Shown here one piece after another: positions 62,041 to 64,000 of a stretch of 64,000 bases of DNA. Location of the stretch: contig NW_027590123.1 of NCBI RefSeq assembly GCF_964213995.1, forward strand, positions 1,426,001-1,490,000. The letters are read 5' to 3'. Positions within the stretch are counted from its first letter, which is position 1, and every line of letters begins with the position of its first letter. This DNA is from Mustelus asterias. Taxonomy: Eukaryota. The position numbers and the translations under genes were made by a program. The notes beneath the pieces were generated by a model that was not told the DNA's origin, ran no database searches, and saw only the letters and a program-made list of their open reading frames with translations.

Positions 62041-64000
62041 TTAACCCTTTATTCCCCTTTTAACTGTTTTGTTGCGGTAATTGGTGTATTCCTTTAACTG
62101 AGTCCAATGCTTCCAGACACCCCTACTTTGCATATCTATGCAGGCACAGGTGTCTCCACTGATAATGACCTCATAGGGGCCTTTCCATTTGGGGGCAAAT
62201 CCAGGTTTTCCTGGTAGTGTTTTTACCATAACCTTGCTGCCCGCCGGGGGTACCTCCGGGGTCTGTTCTAGTTTATTGTGCTCAGCTATCAATATTTGTT
62301 TGTCCCATACTGTTATCCACATATCTTTCAATTGGGAGCTTAACTCTAATACATATCGTCTAATCCTGTACCGTAATGGGCCTACATCTGCACATTTCCG
62401 TGATCCATCCACAAACAGGACCAAATCTGGTGCCTCCAGGGGCGCATCTTTTATTCTACTCTCCTCTACCTCTTCGTCTACATCCCCACATGAGTGGGGA
62501 GACCCTTCACCTAACATTCCTTCTACGGGGTTCATTCCCATGTCTCGTGCAATGGTGATGGACTTAGTGGGTGGGAGAAGCACTGCCTCCCACTTCGCCC
62601 TTCTCATGTTTGAGACAGACCGCAATTTTCCTGTGTTCAGCATTTCCACCAAAGTATGTTTGGCGTGTAAAACAATATTCCCCGTCATGATGATGGGCTC
62701 GCTGACCTTTACTGCCCATGCCACTCAATCTAGTGCGGCTATACATCTGGGTAACCCATTACTACGGGGCCCTCCGCTGTGGAATAATAACCCACGGGTC
62801 GCTGTTTGTCCCCATGGACCTGTGTGACTACTGCCGAATAAACCACCCCCCCCCCTCGTTATTACAATAGATATGAAAATCTTTACTAGCGTCAGGCAGT
62901 CCAAGCCCTGGAGCCTTCATTTGTTCTACTTTTAGTTTACTATATGCCCTTTCCTGTTCTGATCCCCATTCTATAACTTCTAGAGCGGGTTTCCCCCCCT
63001 TTTACTAGCCTTTGTATTGGTTCGGCAGGCCTTGCAATTTCTGGTATAAAGTTGCGGCTGTAATTAAACAACCCCAAAACCTTCCTTACCCCTCGGTCGA
63101 GTTACTGGTCTTGGCATTTGCTGAATGGCTGTTTTCCTGTCCAATGGCATTTCTTTGGTCCCCTGGGATATCAGGTGTCCCAAATATAACACCTGCGCTT
63201 TCCCTATTTGGGCCTTCCTGGGGCTTGCCTTTAGTCCCTGTTCTTCTAAGTGTTTCAGGACTGAGTATAGTGCCGTCTGGTGTTCTGCTCTAGTTTCAGA
63301 GGCTATTAAGATGTCATCTACATACTGCAGGATTGTGCTCCCCCCTCGGGACCTCTACTTGTTCTAATATCTTACTCATTACCCGGTGAAATATAGCCGG
63401 GCTATTGTGGAAGCCTTGCGGGAGCCTAGTCCATGTGTACTGTTTATCACCGACGGTAAATGCAAATTTATCTTGTGAATTAAAGTCCAGGGGAATGGAC
63501 CAAAATCCATTGGCGATGTCTAATACCGTAAAGATTCCATGGGATGGTGATAACCCGTTTAAAATGGTAGATGGACTAGCCACGATGGGGTGTAACTTGG
63601 GGGTCACTTTATTTAAAGCGGTATAATCAATGGTTAATCTATAACTCCCGTCTGGTTTAGGCACCGGCCAGGTGGGGGAGTTGGTGGTACTCGTGGTTTC
63701 CCGTAATATCCCTCTTTTTACCAATCCCTTTACAATTTCTTCAACTGCTTTTTTGGCTTCGGGCTTAATTGGGTATTGTCGGTGTGGTTTATGTTCTGGC
63801 CCTTCCACGAGTATAGGGGGAATTTTGACTAATCCAGTATCCAGGTTTGTTTCCGCCCATACCCCGGGGATTGAGGCGCAAATGGTGCCAAATCCATTAC
63901 ATTCTAACTGCCACTTGCGTCCAGTTGCAGATGCTGCATGGATGGTTTCTAAATGGTTAACATATGTTCCTACCCTGTCTTTTCTCCCATCGGGGCGGGG
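62041..64000 (-). pseudogene. pol: Endogenous retrovirus pol, frameshifted, with RNase H fused to the integrase C-terminus by deletion
   Basis: QYPIKPEA, NSPTWPVPKPDGSYRLTIDY, LDIANGFWSIPL, QYTWTRLPQGFHNSPAIF, LQYVDD (~63313-63330), LFVDGS, PKWKGPYEV, WKHWTQLK. Confidence 0.9.

Noticed and set aside
1-64000. CRISPR array, rRNA or prokaryotic defence system
   Set aside because: No regular repeat-spacer array, rRNA motif or operon structure; content is vertebrate

Overview
Eukaryotic DNA, almost certainly from a shark or other cartilaginous fish (inferred from HE1/V-SINE-, SacSINE1/Deu-SINE-, CR1- and Penelope-type repeats and a GPR139-like receptor remnant). About 1-35 kb and 46-58.7 kb form a tRNA gene cluster built from a ~20-kb unit, present as direct copies with large deletions and as inverted copies. 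It holds about 35 tRNA genes, pseudogenes and relics (Glu, Cys, Asn, Thr, Lys, Val, Pro); most are decayed. The most striking feature is a family of tRNA-Pro(TGG) genes with an 18-nt intron at canonical position 37/38, with conserved exons and a retained anticodon-intron helix. Pro is not one of the standard intron-containing isotypes of vertebrates. Also present: two young 5'-truncated CR1 LINEs whose empty sites are visible in paralogous blocks, Penelope-like elements and small palindromic derivatives with minimal hammerhead-ribozyme motifs, a Rex1/Babar LINE fragment with a bipartite non-autonomous derivative, a two-exon GPR139-like pseudogene (40.2-42.1 kb), and a rearranged endogenous retrovirus at 58.7-64 kb. 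No intact host protein-coding gene is evident. All alignments were done by eye, so boundaries of degenerate elements are approximate.
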